NCBI GenBank assembly: GCA_034521025.1
Contig: JAXHMZ010000005.1
Span: 126,796 to 190,795 of the forward strand
Source of the DNA: Candidatus Campbellbacteria bacterium
GTDB lineage: Bacteria > Patescibacteriota > Minisyncoccia > Phycocordibacterales > JAXHMZ01
Length of the DNA: 64,000 nucleotides
Reading direction: 5' to 3'
The notes beneath the pieces are model-generated. The model was not told the DNA's origin. It saw nothing but the letters and a program-made list of their open reading frames with translations, and did no database searches. Positions 50,582 through 60,526 of this stretch are shown one piece after another (the stretch's first letter is position 1; every line of letters starts with the position of its first letter). The position numbers and the translations under genes were made by a program.

Positions 50582-50701
50582 TATTTATGAGTTTTATTTA
50601 CTACTAAGCTCGTCAAACTAACTGCGAGTAAGCGCAGCAGCTATCTTTTAAAGTCCCACTATACGCACAAGCGGGATTTTGTGCAAACGACTCTTTAATA
50701 T

Positions 50702-51061
50702 TTATTGACTAAATTCAGCGTCTAGCTCGTTTTCCAATTCTTGGCCGAGGCCGTCAAAATCAGTATCTGAATTAAGTTCCTGTTCCATTTCATCAAACTC
50801 GTTTTCTTTAGGTTCCTCGTCTAGAGGAAGATCTTCCTGTACTTGGTTTTGTTCTTGATTTTCGCTTTCTGAGTTTTCTAAGGATCGTCCGTAGAAGTAT
50901 AGTCCTAGAATAATTAACGCTAAAAGCAGAGCGCCGAACAAAAGCGCGTTTCGAAGTGAATTTCTCTCTTGTTTTCTGGGAGAATATTCAGGGATCGCGC
51001 CACCTTTTTCTTTTGAATAACGGCTTCCTTCTGGCTGGTTGTTTTGGTTATCTTCATCCAT
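50702..51061 (-). CDS. Small membrane protein with acidic tails.
   Basis: One central TM helix. Confidence 0.3.
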   Translation of the reverse strand: MDEDNQNNQPEGSRYSKEKGGAIPEYSPRKQERNSLRNALLFGALLLALIILGLYFYGRSLENSESENQEQNQVQEDLPLDEEPKENEFDEMEQELNSDTDFDGLGQELENELDAEFSQ

Positions 51062-51072
51062 ATTAATAATTG

Positions 51073-51762
51073 TTAGTTTTCAACAGAGTTGTTGCTCGTT
51101 TCTGTTTCTGAAAATTGTCTATAGGTAGCGCGAGCGCTCGCTAATGCTTCAACTAATGCTTCGTGAGCTTCTCTCAGTTCTTCACGAGCCGCTCTGAGCG
51201 ACTCTTTTGCCTGACCCACCATCTCTCTTGGGGTGTCCGTTGTAATAACATCTTGGGTTGAATCAGCGATATCTGAAATACTCTCAGCGGCCTCGATTAG
51301 TTTCTCGCGAGCCGACTCGAGTATTTCTCTCGTCTCTCTTACATCTACGCCTCTACTTTCCATTTTGTCTAAACGCGATTCAAGCCGATCTGCTATATTT
51401 GAACGCCTAATAATGGCCTCCTCAAACCTTGTAAGTGTAATGTCGAGAGCCATTTGGATACGCTCCAGCACTCTGGCGTTTACTCGAGCGTTGACCTCTT
51501 GTCTTTGACTTTCAATTCGGTCGCGTACTTCTCTAACTTTTTCCCTTACTTCAGAGCGACTTTGGGGCTGTCCGTCTTCTCCGGGCACGGTTTCTCTTTG
51601 AGGGGCTACGTCTTCAGACTGCTCGTTACCTCTTTCTAGAGGCGTTCTGTTTTCATTGGTCCTCGCGTCACTATCATGAGTGTCCGCCTGCGCCATTTGT
51701 GTAAAAGTAACTAAAGAGGCGAATAGTAGTAAGGTACTTAATAGGGATATTTTTTTCATCAT
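51073..51762 (-). CDS. Secreted coiled-coil protein.
   Basis: Signal peptide. Arg/Glu-rich heptad-like repeats. Confidence 0.3.
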   Translation of the reverse strand: MMKKISLLSTLLLFASLVTFTQMAQADTHDSDARTNENRTPLERGNEQSEDVAPQRETVPGEDGQPQSRSEVREKVREVRDRIESQRQEVNARVNARVLERIQMALDITLTRFEEAIIRRSNIADRLESRLDKMESRGVDVRETREILESAREKLIEAAESISDIADSTQDVITTDTPREMVGQAKESLRAAREELREAHEALVEALASARATYRQFSETETSNNSVEN

Positions 51763-51871
51763 TTTTAATTTGTACTCTATTGTTATCGTGACCTCATTAT
51801 ACTGTACGCCAGAAACAAAAACACCAGCCCGTTGTGGACTAGTGTTTTTGTAATTTTAAATCTCAGAAAGG

Positions 51872-52423
51872 TTATTCTACTTCTTTTTTGTATATTTCTA
51901 CAGATTTTTCGATTGCTTCGTGGGCTTCTTTTTTACCCTTGAATCCATGTATCTCTACTGGAACCTGCGTTGCTTTGTCGTCCTTTAGCTCCTTGTACGT
52001 CTCAAAGAAATGCTTGAATTCTCTCAGAGAGTGAGGATTTACGTCGTCAATGTCTTGGACCGTCTCAAAACGACGGTCGTCGGTTGGGACCGTTATAACT
52101 TTGTAGTCCGATTCGCCGGAATCGATCATTTCCATCACAGCAACAGGTCGTACCTTAACAAGAATGCCGGGATACAGAGGATAAGTGGTAAGCACTATTA
52201 TGTCTAACGGATCGTCGTCTTCCCATAATGTCTGTGGAGCAAATCCATAGTCAAAAGGGAAGGGAGCTGAGGAATAATTAGCTCGATCAAGTGATATAAG
52301 TCCGGTATCTTTATCTATCTCGTATTTGTTGTTTGACCCTCTTGGGATCTCGATAATGGTATTAATTTCTTCTGGGGCGTTTTCTCCTAGCGGAATGTCT
52401 TTCCAAAGACTCATAATTTTCAT
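51872..52423 (-). CDS. ppa: Inorganic pyrophosphatase (family I).
   Basis: ...IIEIPRGSNNKYEIDKDTG... and DPLDIIVL... motifs. Confidence 0.9.
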   Translation of the reverse strand: MKIMSLWKDIPLGENAPEEINTIIEIPRGSNNKYEIDKDTGLISLDRANYSSAPFPFDYGFAPQTLWEDDDPLDIIVLTTYPLYPGILVKVRPVAVMEMIDSGESDYKVITVPTDDRRFETVQDIDDVNPHSLREFKHFFETYKELKDDKATQVPVEIHGFKGKKEAHEAIEKSVEIYKKEVE

Positions 52424-52463
52424 TTAACTTTTAGCTTGTAATGATGGTTGTAGGTGCATTGTA

Positions 52464-53849
52464 CTACACCTCTTTCTTTTCTTCTTCCTCCGCGTCCTCG
52501 GAAGCCGTCTCTTCCTCGCTAGCTGTTTCTGTCTCTTCTTCTGATGAAGTTTCGGTTTCTTCTTTTGCTCCTGTCTCTTCTTCGTCTTCTTCGGTGCTTT
52601 CGGCCTCGATGGCTTCTTCCTCGACTTCCTCTGTTGTCTCCTCTGTCGCTGCTGTTTCTTTGCCGGGAATGTTCTCAAGGTTGCCCTTTATTGTGTCGTC
52701 TGGGGCAGCTTCAACTTCTTCGTCACTTCCTACGGAGTGTATTTCGATCTTCCAACCCGTAAGTCTTGCCGCCAAGCGAACATTTTGACCTCCTTTACCG
52801 ATGGCTAGAGATTGTTGGTCGGTGCTAACTTCGACAAAGGCCTTGCCTTCTTCTTCGTCCAGCTCTACCGACAAAACTGAAGCAGGGGAAAGCGCGTCTT
52901 CAATGAACTTGTGCGGATTGTCAGACCATTCGATAATGTCTATCTTCTCTCCGCCCAGCTCGGACATAACTGTTGAAACTCGTACACCTCGTTGTCCTAC
53001 GAGTGAGCCGACGGGATCAATGTTTGGGTCGTTGGAGTATACGGCGACCTTGGAGCGCGAACCCGGTTCTCTCGCGATAGCCGTGATCTCGACCACGTCC
53101 GTTGAGATCTCGGGGGCCTCTGCCTTGAACAATTCTTTTAGAAAATCAGGGTGAGAACGTGAAAGGCGCAAAAATACTCCGCGTCCGCTTTCTTCTACCA
53201 AATAGAGGAGGGCGCGTATTCTCTCGCCCTGTCGGAATCTTTCTCCGGGTATCTGATCATCCCAACCGATGATACCGGTGGTTCTTCCGAGGTCAACGAA
53301 AACTGCCCCGCGCTCAATGCGCTGTACGGTTCCTGAGACGATAGTTCCTTCTTTTTCTCCGAATTCGTCTACAACCGAGACCTTCTCAGCTTCGCGAATT
53401 TTTTGAATGATCACTTGCTTTGCGGTTTGAGCCGCTATGCGTCCGTAGTCGTCTTTTTTCTCCAAAGGAAAGACAATTTCTTCTCCTACTTCGGCATCCT
53501 TTTTGATCTTTTTAGCGTCTTCTAGGAATATATGGTGCTCAGGGTTGTAGCGAGGACGTTCGTCTTCTTCCTCGCCGTTTGTTTCTGTCTCCTCGATGGG
53601 TTCGCCTGTTTCATCCGTTTCAACTACTCGTACGGTTGATTCATCAACCACGATCTTTACCTGAAAGAACTCTACGCCTCCCGAATCTACGTTAAATTGA
53701 GCGCGTATGATCTGTCCTTTTTTTCCGTATTCCTTCTTGTAAGCGGTAGCTAGAGCCGATTCTATGGCCTCTAACACACTAGCGCGCGGAATACCCCTTT
53801 CTTCTTCGAGTTCGGTAAGTACCGAATTAATTACTTTTAGGTCAAACAT
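52464..53849 (-). CDS. nusA: Transcription termination/antitermination factor NusA with a long acidic C-terminal tail.
   Basis: N-terminal, S1 and KH1/KH2 domains (e.g. ...LAIGKGGQNVRLA...). The overlapping basic ORF 52424..52678 is a mirror artefact. Confidence 0.9.
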   Translation of the reverse strand: MFDLKVINSVLTELEEERGIPRASVLEAIESALATAYKKEYGKKGQIIRAQFNVDSGGVEFFQVKIVVDESTVRVVETDETGEPIEETETNGEEEDERPRYNPEHHIFLEDAKKIKKDAEVGEEIVFPLEKKDDYGRIAAQTAKQVIIQKIREAEKVSVVDEFGEKEGTIVSGTVQRIERGAVFVDLGRTTGIIGWDDQIPGERFRQGERIRALLYLVEESGRGVFLRLSRSHPDFLKELFKAEAPEISTDVVEITAIAREPGSRSKVAVYSNDPNIDPVGSLVGQRGVRVSTVMSELGGEKIDIIEWSDNPHKFIEDALSPASVLSVELDEEEGKAFVEVSTDQQSLAIGKGGQNVRLAARLTGWKIEIHSVGSDEEVEAAPDDTIKGNLENIPGKETAATEETTEEVEEEAIEAESTEEDEEETGAKEETETSSEEETETASEEETASEDAEEEEKKEV

Positions 53850-54004
53850 ATATAAATTATTATTTTGTTGTTTCTCAAAACGATCTGTCTATCTCGCCGC
53901 AGAGATATGATGAGTTTTTAATAAAAAAGTCCCGTTTCGTCGGGATTTCAGTCAAACTATATTCACACCTCTTTGTATCTTCTAGGTTACTTTAATTTAT
54001 ATAG

Positions 54005-54577
54005 TTGTCAATAGACCTTTTCACAGGTGTGAGGTTGTTTATGTCTGTGTTACAATTCCCACATATGAATGGAAAAAGTATTTTAATTATTGTTCTTCTG
54101 TTAGCTGTAGTTGGGATCATCTGGCTTGCCGCCTCCGGCGATGAGCAAGACGGTGACAACGATCAGGATAACGAGGAGCAAGTAGAAACAAACGGTGAGA
54201 CAGACGAAGACCCTGAGTCAGAGGGGAGTAATGACGACTCAGAGGTAGAAGGAGAGCAGAATGGTGAAGATGAAACCTCGGTTGATGACGAAGAAGGCGA
54301 GGAAGAAACCGTGATCACGTTTACGGACAATGGATTTGATCCCGAAGAAGTGACGGTCTCTGTGGGCGAGAGCGTTGTGTGGGTCAATGAGTCCAGTGAA
54401 GGAATGTGGCCTGCTTCAAATGTACATCCAACCCACGAGATATATTCCGAGTTTGATGCTTTAGGTGAAATTCCACCAGGAGAAGGCTGGGAGTTCACAT
54501 TTGAAGAAGCCGGAGATTGGGGATTTCACGATCATCTGAGTCCGCAATTTGAGGGCGTAGTACACGTCACTGAATAG
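54005..54577 (+). CDS. Secreted acidic protein with a C-terminal cupredoxin-like beta-sandwich domain.
   Basis: Signal/TM segment and an Asp/Glu-rich linker. C-terminal ...VITFTDNGFDPEEVTVSVGESVVWVN... pattern. No Cys ligand, so probably not a copper site. Confidence 0.35.
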   Translation: MSIDLFTGVRLFMSVLQFPHMNGKSILIIVLLLAVVGIIWLAASGDEQDGDNDQDNEEQVETNGETDEDPESEGSNDDSEVEGEQNGEDETSVDDEEGEEETVITFTDNGFDPEEVTVSVGESVVWVNESSEGMWPASNVHPTHEIYSEFDALGEIPPGEGWEFTFEEAGDWGFHDHLSPQFEGVVHVTE

Positions 54578-54682
54578 ACAATCTATTATAAGGGACGAAA
54601 GCACGAAGCTCTGGTTTAAGCCAGAGCTTTTGTTTTGAGATTTACCCTTCCCTCATTCTCGCTTAATTACCAATTCGAGCAC

Positions 54683-54785
54683 TTGACAGAAAAAGTATTT
54701 CAATGTAAAAGCAAGATAGATTGGTCTCATAGGGAGACCATCAACACCTAGAGGCCAAATGTGGCCCGGATCCAAGGAGGATCAA
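54683..54785 (+). promoter_or_regulatory. Promoter (TTGACA-17nt-TAAAAG) plus a leader with two hairpins and an RBS. A paralogous leader lies at 60424..60526.
   Basis: Hairpins GGTCTC-ATAGG-GAGACC and GGCCA-AATG-TGGCC. The second shows compensatory changes in the paralog (GGTCA-AATG-TGACC). Confidence 0.5.
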
Positions 54786-55303
54786 ATGTTTGTACGTTTC
54801 AAGATCGTTCCGCTTCTCTTACTCGCCCTTTTTGCTCGGCGCTCCGCGCTCTGGGTAGAATCTTCGGAAGAGGATCCCCTACTTGAAGAAACTTCCCCTC
54901 AAGTTTGGAGCGTGGATCTCAGTGAAGCCGGCTTTGGATTGACCTTTACGCCAAACGACGACCTAAGGTCTGATCCCTACGTGGACTTTCTGGGGATCTA
55001 ATGAAGGTGGAGGTTCTTGCGCAGAGCAACAACCCCGATCTTCACCTACAAACACTCCAAGGGTTCACTCGATATGACTTCATCGATTCAATTTCTGTGT
55101 GTGCCTTGGAGCGCGAGGAAAACGCGGAGCTGCTCGAGAGGATCGATAACGCTACAGAAAGCAACTTCGGTTCTTTCTATGACGCTTGGCTTGGGCTGTA
55201 TGACAGAGAATGTGACACTTCCTTCTCTCGTCTTGGGTGGCCGAACCCTGAAGCCAATGAAGGCCTGGGAATGTGTTCGCTGGAGAGGGTTAGTGAAGTC
55301 TAA
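54786..55303 (+). pseudogene. Array unit 1 of the lectin-like secreted-protein gene, broken into two ORFs by a stop/indel after ...DFLGI.
   Basis: Near-identical to the intact unit 3, except for TAATGAAGG versus TACGAAGG at the junction. Confidence 0.55.
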
Positions 55304-55332
55304 GTAGTTATCCCCAGTGAACTTCATGTTCA

Positions 55333-55925
55333 TTGGCAATTTATATTATAATTAAAGTGTATATGAGTGTTTTCAAACTACTTTCGATATTGGTCTCAGC
55401 TGTAGTCGCTTTTCTATCTGTTGTCGCGTTGTTTTTGATGTTTCTAATGAGAAGGATCCCCCAACCGAAGAAACTTCCCCTCAAGTTTGGAGCGTGGATC
55501 TCAGTGAAGCCGGCTTTGGCGTATTGACCTTTACGCCAAACGACGACCTAAGGTCTGATCCCGACGTGGACTTTCTGGGGATCTAACGAAGGTGGAGGTT
55601 CTTGCGCAGTACAATACAACCCCGATCTCCACGGACAAACACTCGAAGGGTTCACTCGATATGACTTCATCGATTCAATTCTCGTGTGTGCCTTGGAGCG
55701 CGAGGAAAACGCGGAGCTGCTCGAGAGGATTGATAACGCTACAGAAAGCAACTTCGGTTCTTTCTATGACGCTTGGCTTGGGCTGTATGACAGAGAATGT
55801 GACACTTCCTTCTCTCGTCTTGGGTGGCCGAACCCTGAAGCGAATGAAGGCCTGGAATGTGTTCCTGGCTTGGAAGAGGGCTTGAGCGAAGTCTAAGTAG
55901 TTATCCCCAGTGAACTTTATGTTCA
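55333..55925 (+). pseudogene. Array unit 2, frameshifted.
   Basis: T5 versus T6 homopolymer difference in the signal-peptide region relative to unit 3, and TAACGAAGG versus TACGAAGG later. The downstream domain is otherwise intact in another frame. Confidence 0.55.
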
Positions 55926-55955
55926 TTGGGGATTTATATTATAATTAAAGTGTAT

Positions 55956-56471
55956 ATGAGTGTTTTCAAACTACTTTCTTTTTTATTGGTCTCAGCTGTA
56001 GTCGCTTTTCTATTTGTTGTCGCGTTGTTTTTTGATGTTTCTAATGAGAAGGATCCCCCAACCGAAGAAACTTCCCCTCAAGTTTGGAGCGTGGATCTCA
56101 GTGAAGCCGGCTTTGGCGTATTGACCTTTACGCCAAACGACGACCTAAGGTCTGATCCCGACGTGGACTTTCTGGGGATCTACGAAGGTGGAGGTTCTTG
56201 CGCAGTACAATACAACCCCGATCTCCACGGACAAACACTCGAAGGGTTCACTCGATATGACTTCATCGATTCAATTCTCGTGTGTGCCTTGGAGCGCGAG
56301 GAAAACGCGGAGCTGCTCGAGAGGATTGATAACGCTACAGAAAGCAACTTCGGTTCTTTCTATGACGCTTGGCTTGGGCTGTATGACAGAGAATGTGACA
56401 CTTCCTTCTCTCGTCTTGGGTGGCCGAACCCTGAAGCGAATGGAGGCCTGGAACGTGTTCCTGGCTTGTGA
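55956..56471 (+). CDS. Array unit 3, intact: secreted protein with a C-type-lectin-like signature (about 170 aa from Met11 of the ORF).
   Basis: Signal peptide MSVFKLLSFLLVSAVVAFLF. Motifs WLGLYDRECDTSFSRLGWPNPEAN and ...EREENAELLERIDNATESNFGSFYDA. Confidence 0.55.
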   Translation: MSVFKLLSFLLVSAVVAFLFVVALFFDVSNEKDPPTEETSPQVWSVDLSEAGFGVLTFTPNDDLRSDPDVDFLGIYEGGGSCAVQYNPDLHGQTLEGFTRYDFIDSILVCALEREENAELLERIDNATESNFGSFYDAWLGLYDRECDTSFSRLGWPNPEANGGLERVPGL

Positions 56472-56559
56472 AGAGGGCTTGAGCGAAGTCTAAGTACAGT
56501 TAATCCTCAGTGAACTTTATGTTCATTGGGGATTTATATTATAATTAAAGTGTATATGA

Positions 56560-57120
56560 GTGTTTTCAAGCTTACTTTTCTTTTTTATTGGTCTCAGCTG
56601 TAGTCGCTTTTCTATTTGTTGTCGCGTTGTTTTTCTGACGTTTTCCAACGAGAAGGATCCCCCAACCGAAGAGACTTCCCCTCAAGTTTGGAGCGTGGAT
56701 CTCAGTGAAGCCGGCTTTGGCGTATTGACCTTTACGCCAAACGACGACCTAAGGCTCTGATCGACGTGGACTTTCTGGGGATCTACAAAACGAAGGTGGG
56801 AGGTTCTTGCGAGCAGACAAAGTCCGATCTCCACGGACAAACACTCGAAGGGTTCACTCGATATGACTTCATCGATATCAACTCTCGTGTGCGCCTTGGA
56901 GCGCGAGGAAAACGCGGAGCCGCTCGAGAGGATTGATAACGCTACAGAAAGCAACTTCGGTTCTTTCTATGACGCTTGGCTTGGGCTGTATGACAGAGAA
57001 TGTGACACTTCCTTCTCTCGTCTTGGGTGGCCGAACCCTGAAGCGAATGAAGGCCTGGAATGTGTTCCTGGCTTGGGAGAGGGCCTTCTGATGCAGATAG
57101 AGATCCATTATCCCTGACAT
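56560..57120 (+). pseudogene. Array unit 4: the most divergent copy, with several indels and stops.
   Basis: Homologous segments are spread over three frames (56560..56760, 56863..57117). Confidence 0.5.
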
Positions 57121-57203
57121 TATTGAAATGTTTGCCTACAAAAGGTGTTCGTGACAACTTACGCCACCCCTGTTAACAACAACTTGTTGTATAGTGAAAA
57201 GTA

Positions 57204-57389
57204 ATGAACGACAAAAAGTTCTTCTATGTACTATTGATAGCATCTGTTGCCCTGGCCCTTGTTTTTGCGGTGCTTATTTTTGGCAAGGGAGGAGCTCAGC
57301 CCACAGGGCAAGATGAAGTCTATCAATATGCTTCGTTGGCAAATGAACACTATTCGAACGAAGAATGGAACAAAACAATCGCACACTGA
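57204..57389 (+). CDS. Small membrane-anchored protein.
   Basis: N-terminal TM helix. 61 aa. Confidence 0.25.
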   Translation: MNDKKFFYVLLIASVALALVFAVLIFGKGGAQPTGQDEVYQYASLANEHYSNEEWNKTIAH

Positions 57390-57456
57390 CTAACAAGGGT
57401 CGGCTTAGGCAAAGCGGGCTTCATCGGGTATATGGAAAAACAGGGGCTATGCATTT

Positions 57457-58080
57457 TTGAGATTGGCTCATGAGGAGCAGTACAATAATGATGCAGACGC
57501 CTCAGTTACAGACGAATTCGCAGAAGAAGCAATACGTAGCCTTGAAACAGCCGTAGAGCGTGACCCACAGGATCATGAAAGTTTGTTCTACCTCGGATAC
57601 ATTCACCTGTTTATGCGTGATAACTGGGAGAGGGCAGCCCCGTACTTAGAACGAGCATACGACCTTGATCCAAAAGACCCCGAGTATCTCATCGGTATGG
57701 GGTGGGTACATAGTCAAAATGCCGAAGAGTCGCTTGAGGATGCCCAGACAGCCGTAACGTACTACGAGGAGTCCATCGAGATCTCCCCGATGCCTTTGGC
57801 GTATAACGGACTCGGCCACGTACTGAGTAACGGTATAAACGACCAAATACGCGCAATAGAAAGCCTCGAGCAGGCGATAGAGCTCGATCCTTCTTACGTT
57901 TCTCCTTACCACAATCTTGCACTTGCTCACGCTCGACTGGGAGAGAAAGAGAAGGCACTTGAATATTACGAGGGAGTCTATGAGCTCACGGGCGAGAATG
58001 ATACGCGGAGAGACGAATTACGTGAAGAGTTGTTAGCAATAGACACTATAAATATACAAGATGATGAATTGGCGCAATAA
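57457..58080 (+). CDS. TPR-repeat protein.
   Basis: Repeated A..Y/...LG.....A 34-residue-like units, e.g. ESLEQAIELDPSYVSPYHNLALAHARLGEKEKALEYYE. Confidence 0.6.
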   Translation: MRLAHEEQYNNDADASVTDEFAEEAIRSLETAVERDPQDHESLFYLGYIHLFMRDNWERAAPYLERAYDLDPKDPEYLIGMGWVHSQNAEESLEDAQTAVTYYEESIEISPMPLAYNGLGHVLSNGINDQIRAIESLEQAIELDPSYVSPYHNLALAHARLGEKEKALEYYEGVYELTGENDTRRDELREELLAIDTINIQDDELAQ

Positions 58081-59520
58081 AATTACCGGCTTTGTTTTTT
58101 TGGTAGCCTTGCTAGCGGTTTTTGGTGGTATTGGAATTCAAACTGCAGACGCTTCGCCGCGACAGGGCTTTCCTCCATCTGCATCGGATGATGACGCGGA
58201 AGCAACAGACGAACCGTTAGTCGAAGGGACGGTAATACTTTAGAGTTCGTAGTCAGACGACGATGGGATTACAGACTAACCGAGTCTGAGCCAGTTACGA
58301 CCAGAAGTTAAACCATGCTCCATGCAGCGGAGCGGAATGATACTGGCGACAGATGATGAATGAATCAGAGTATGGATGCAGTGGTGGCGATGTTATCGTA
58401 AAAACAATGAAACTGAGCGTCCTGGGGGGTTCGGGAACGGAGGTGAACAGCCAGGTAAGGTGATATGTTCAACCTGTGGCATAGAGGAGTCTTGATAGAA
58501 GCGGGAGTCGCGTCGGAATAGATGGCGGGTATCTGGAGCTGATGATCCCGAAGAAGATTATTGCGATCGTTTCCCTATGTCGAGGAGATGCAATGGTGGA
58601 GACGATGGAGGAGACGATGGTGGAGATGATGGTGGAGACGAATGCCCTCCCGGCGATGAGCTCGTGGACGGTAGGTGTGTTCACGTACCAGATCCAGAAC
58701 CGGAGCCCGAGCCGGAACCAGAACCAGAACCGGAGCCCGAGCCGGAACCAGAACCAGAACCGGAGCCCGAGCCGGAACCAGAACCGGAGCCCGACCCTTC
58801 CGTTTTGAATATAAGCAGTAACATAGACAGCTCCGTCGCCCCGGGAGCGGAAGTAACGCGGTGGAATCGTTCTGTTACCTATGATTATGATATGTGCACT
58901 AGAGGTACTCGGTGGGGAGACTTTTCTTATCCATGCAACTTTCGCAGTATAGTTAATTGGTCAGAGTCTGGAACAACATACACAACGATTCGACGAATAA
59001 GGAGTTCAAGTTCTTCTGTACGTAGATACCTTGAGGCGGAAGATACACACAAAGGAGCTAGTTTTACTGGTTGGAGTGGATGTAATGGGGATACATTTAC
59101 GATCGACGGAGGCGTCGGATAGATGCGGTAAGCGCAACGCACGCTGAACTACCAGAACCGTCACCGCTCAAAACCGAGGACCCGATACTCCCACCTCCAC
59201 CAGCACCACAACCAAAGATCAACTCCTTCACCGCCAATCCGGAGTGGATACGACGCTACTCCGAAACTCGAGAAAACGACACCGACGGAAAATCAACTCT
59301 CAGGTGGGACGTCAAAGACGTAGACACCTGTGAAATGGAAGCGAACCCAGAACTAGAACCACCTCTTTCAATGGGCTCAATTGAATCCGATGGAAAAAAA
59401 GAAGTAACCGAGATCACCCGAACCACTGAATTTACCCTCACCTGTACCGGAGAGGATAGCAGTGACGAGGTCTCCGCCACCACCACTGTCAATGTGTTGC
59501 CGGTGTACGAGGAGTTTTAG
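58061..59520 (+). pseudogene. Secreted Cys-rich protein with a (PE)n linker and a C-terminal Ig-like domain, fragmented across at least three frames.
   Basis: Signal peptide in 58061..58243. 58577..59122 holds the GDDGGDD and PEPEPEP... repeats. Frame +2 continues from about 59085 to 59520 (...KINSFTANPEW...TLRWDVKDVDTCEM...). Confidence 0.45.
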
Positions 59521-59871
59521 TAAACATTTACTAAGTACATTAACAAAAACCCCGACCTCACTCGGCGTTTTCGCCAACTCAGAAACCATTTAAAACGATA
59601 CGATTTGTTTTAGCTCCAAGCAGAAACTGCCACCAGAAGAGGAGTTGTTGAATGCAACAACTTCATCCGCCCTGCCGCGATTTCTCGTGGTCTCACCGTA
59701 CTTTCATAGGAGTGGCCAAATTGGAAACGCTCCTCCCCCGACGACCTTGAGCCTACCCCTTTCACTAAGTGCCTGCGCTCAGTTGAACCACCGGAAGCCC
59801 AGGAAGCTTCGAACTCAGAGATCCGACTTGCCTGCCTGATCAAGACACACCCCGAGCAACAGCGTGAGGAG

Positions 59872-60324
59872 ATGAATTATCATCCCATCCTGGGTAAGGT
59901 AGCGCGAGAACGAGCTGAGGACATGGCTGAAAATGGCTACTACGGAGGAGAGGACTATGGTCTTCCATACCCTCCTCACGTTGACCACGACGGCTTTGGC
60001 CCCAATTACTACATTTGCAAAGCGGGCTACATCATAGATCCTTGGATCTGTGAGGAGGCTGAAGAAGACCCGTTCATCAATACGGTTGAGTCGATTGGTT
60101 GGGGTTCGGGTAGTTCAAGGAGTTCCCCTCAAGATCAACTGAACGGTTGGTTAAATTCACCGGGTCATCGCCGGCACGTATTGGCTACTTCAGGCCCCCA
60201 CGAAGTTGCGTCCACCAACTACGGCATAGGCCACGCCGCGACCGGTGATAGCCCCGACCGTCCTGGCAGATCAGCCAGTTTCTGGGTGTTCATTGCCGCA
60301 CCTCCGCCTGAGTCGAGTGAATAG
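59872..60324 (+). CDS. CAP/YkwD-like domain protein, probably lacking its N-terminus (frameshifted upstream).
   Basis: ...NGWLNSPGHRRHVLATSGPHEVASTNYGIGHA resembles the YkwD/CAP motif. The reading frame stays open upstream of the annotated Met. Confidence 0.4.
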   Translation: MNYHPILGKVARERAEDMAENGYYGGEDYGLPYPPHVDHDGFGPNYYICKAGYIIDPWICEEAEEDPFINTVESIGWGSGSSRSSPQDQLNGWLNSPGHRRHVLATSGPHEVASTNYGIGHAATGDSPDRPGRSASFWVFIAAPPPESSE

Positions 60325-60360
60325 AGAAAAAGTACAAAAAACCAAAAGTGGCAGTACAAT

Positions 60361-60390
60361 GAACGGGTCTACGGGCCCGTTCTTTTTTAT
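60361..60390 (+). terminator. Rho-independent terminator after the CAP-like gene.
   Basis: GAACGGG...CCCGTTC hairpin followed by TTTTTTA. Confidence 0.5.
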
Positions 60391-60526
60391 GAAAATTCCA
60401 GCGTCAAACACCATGCCTATCATTGACAGAAAAAGCTTCCCAATGTAAAAGCAAGATAGAGTGGTCTCAAAGGGAGATCATTTACACCTAGAGGTCAAAT
60501 GTGACCTCGGATCCAAGAAGGATCAA

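Noticed and set aside
54683-57120. Possible CRISPR array, suggested by the regular tandem repetition.
   Set aside because: The repeat units are about 590 bp and protein-coding (signal peptide plus lectin-like domain). They are not 25-40-bp repeats with unique spacers, and no cas genes are nearby.
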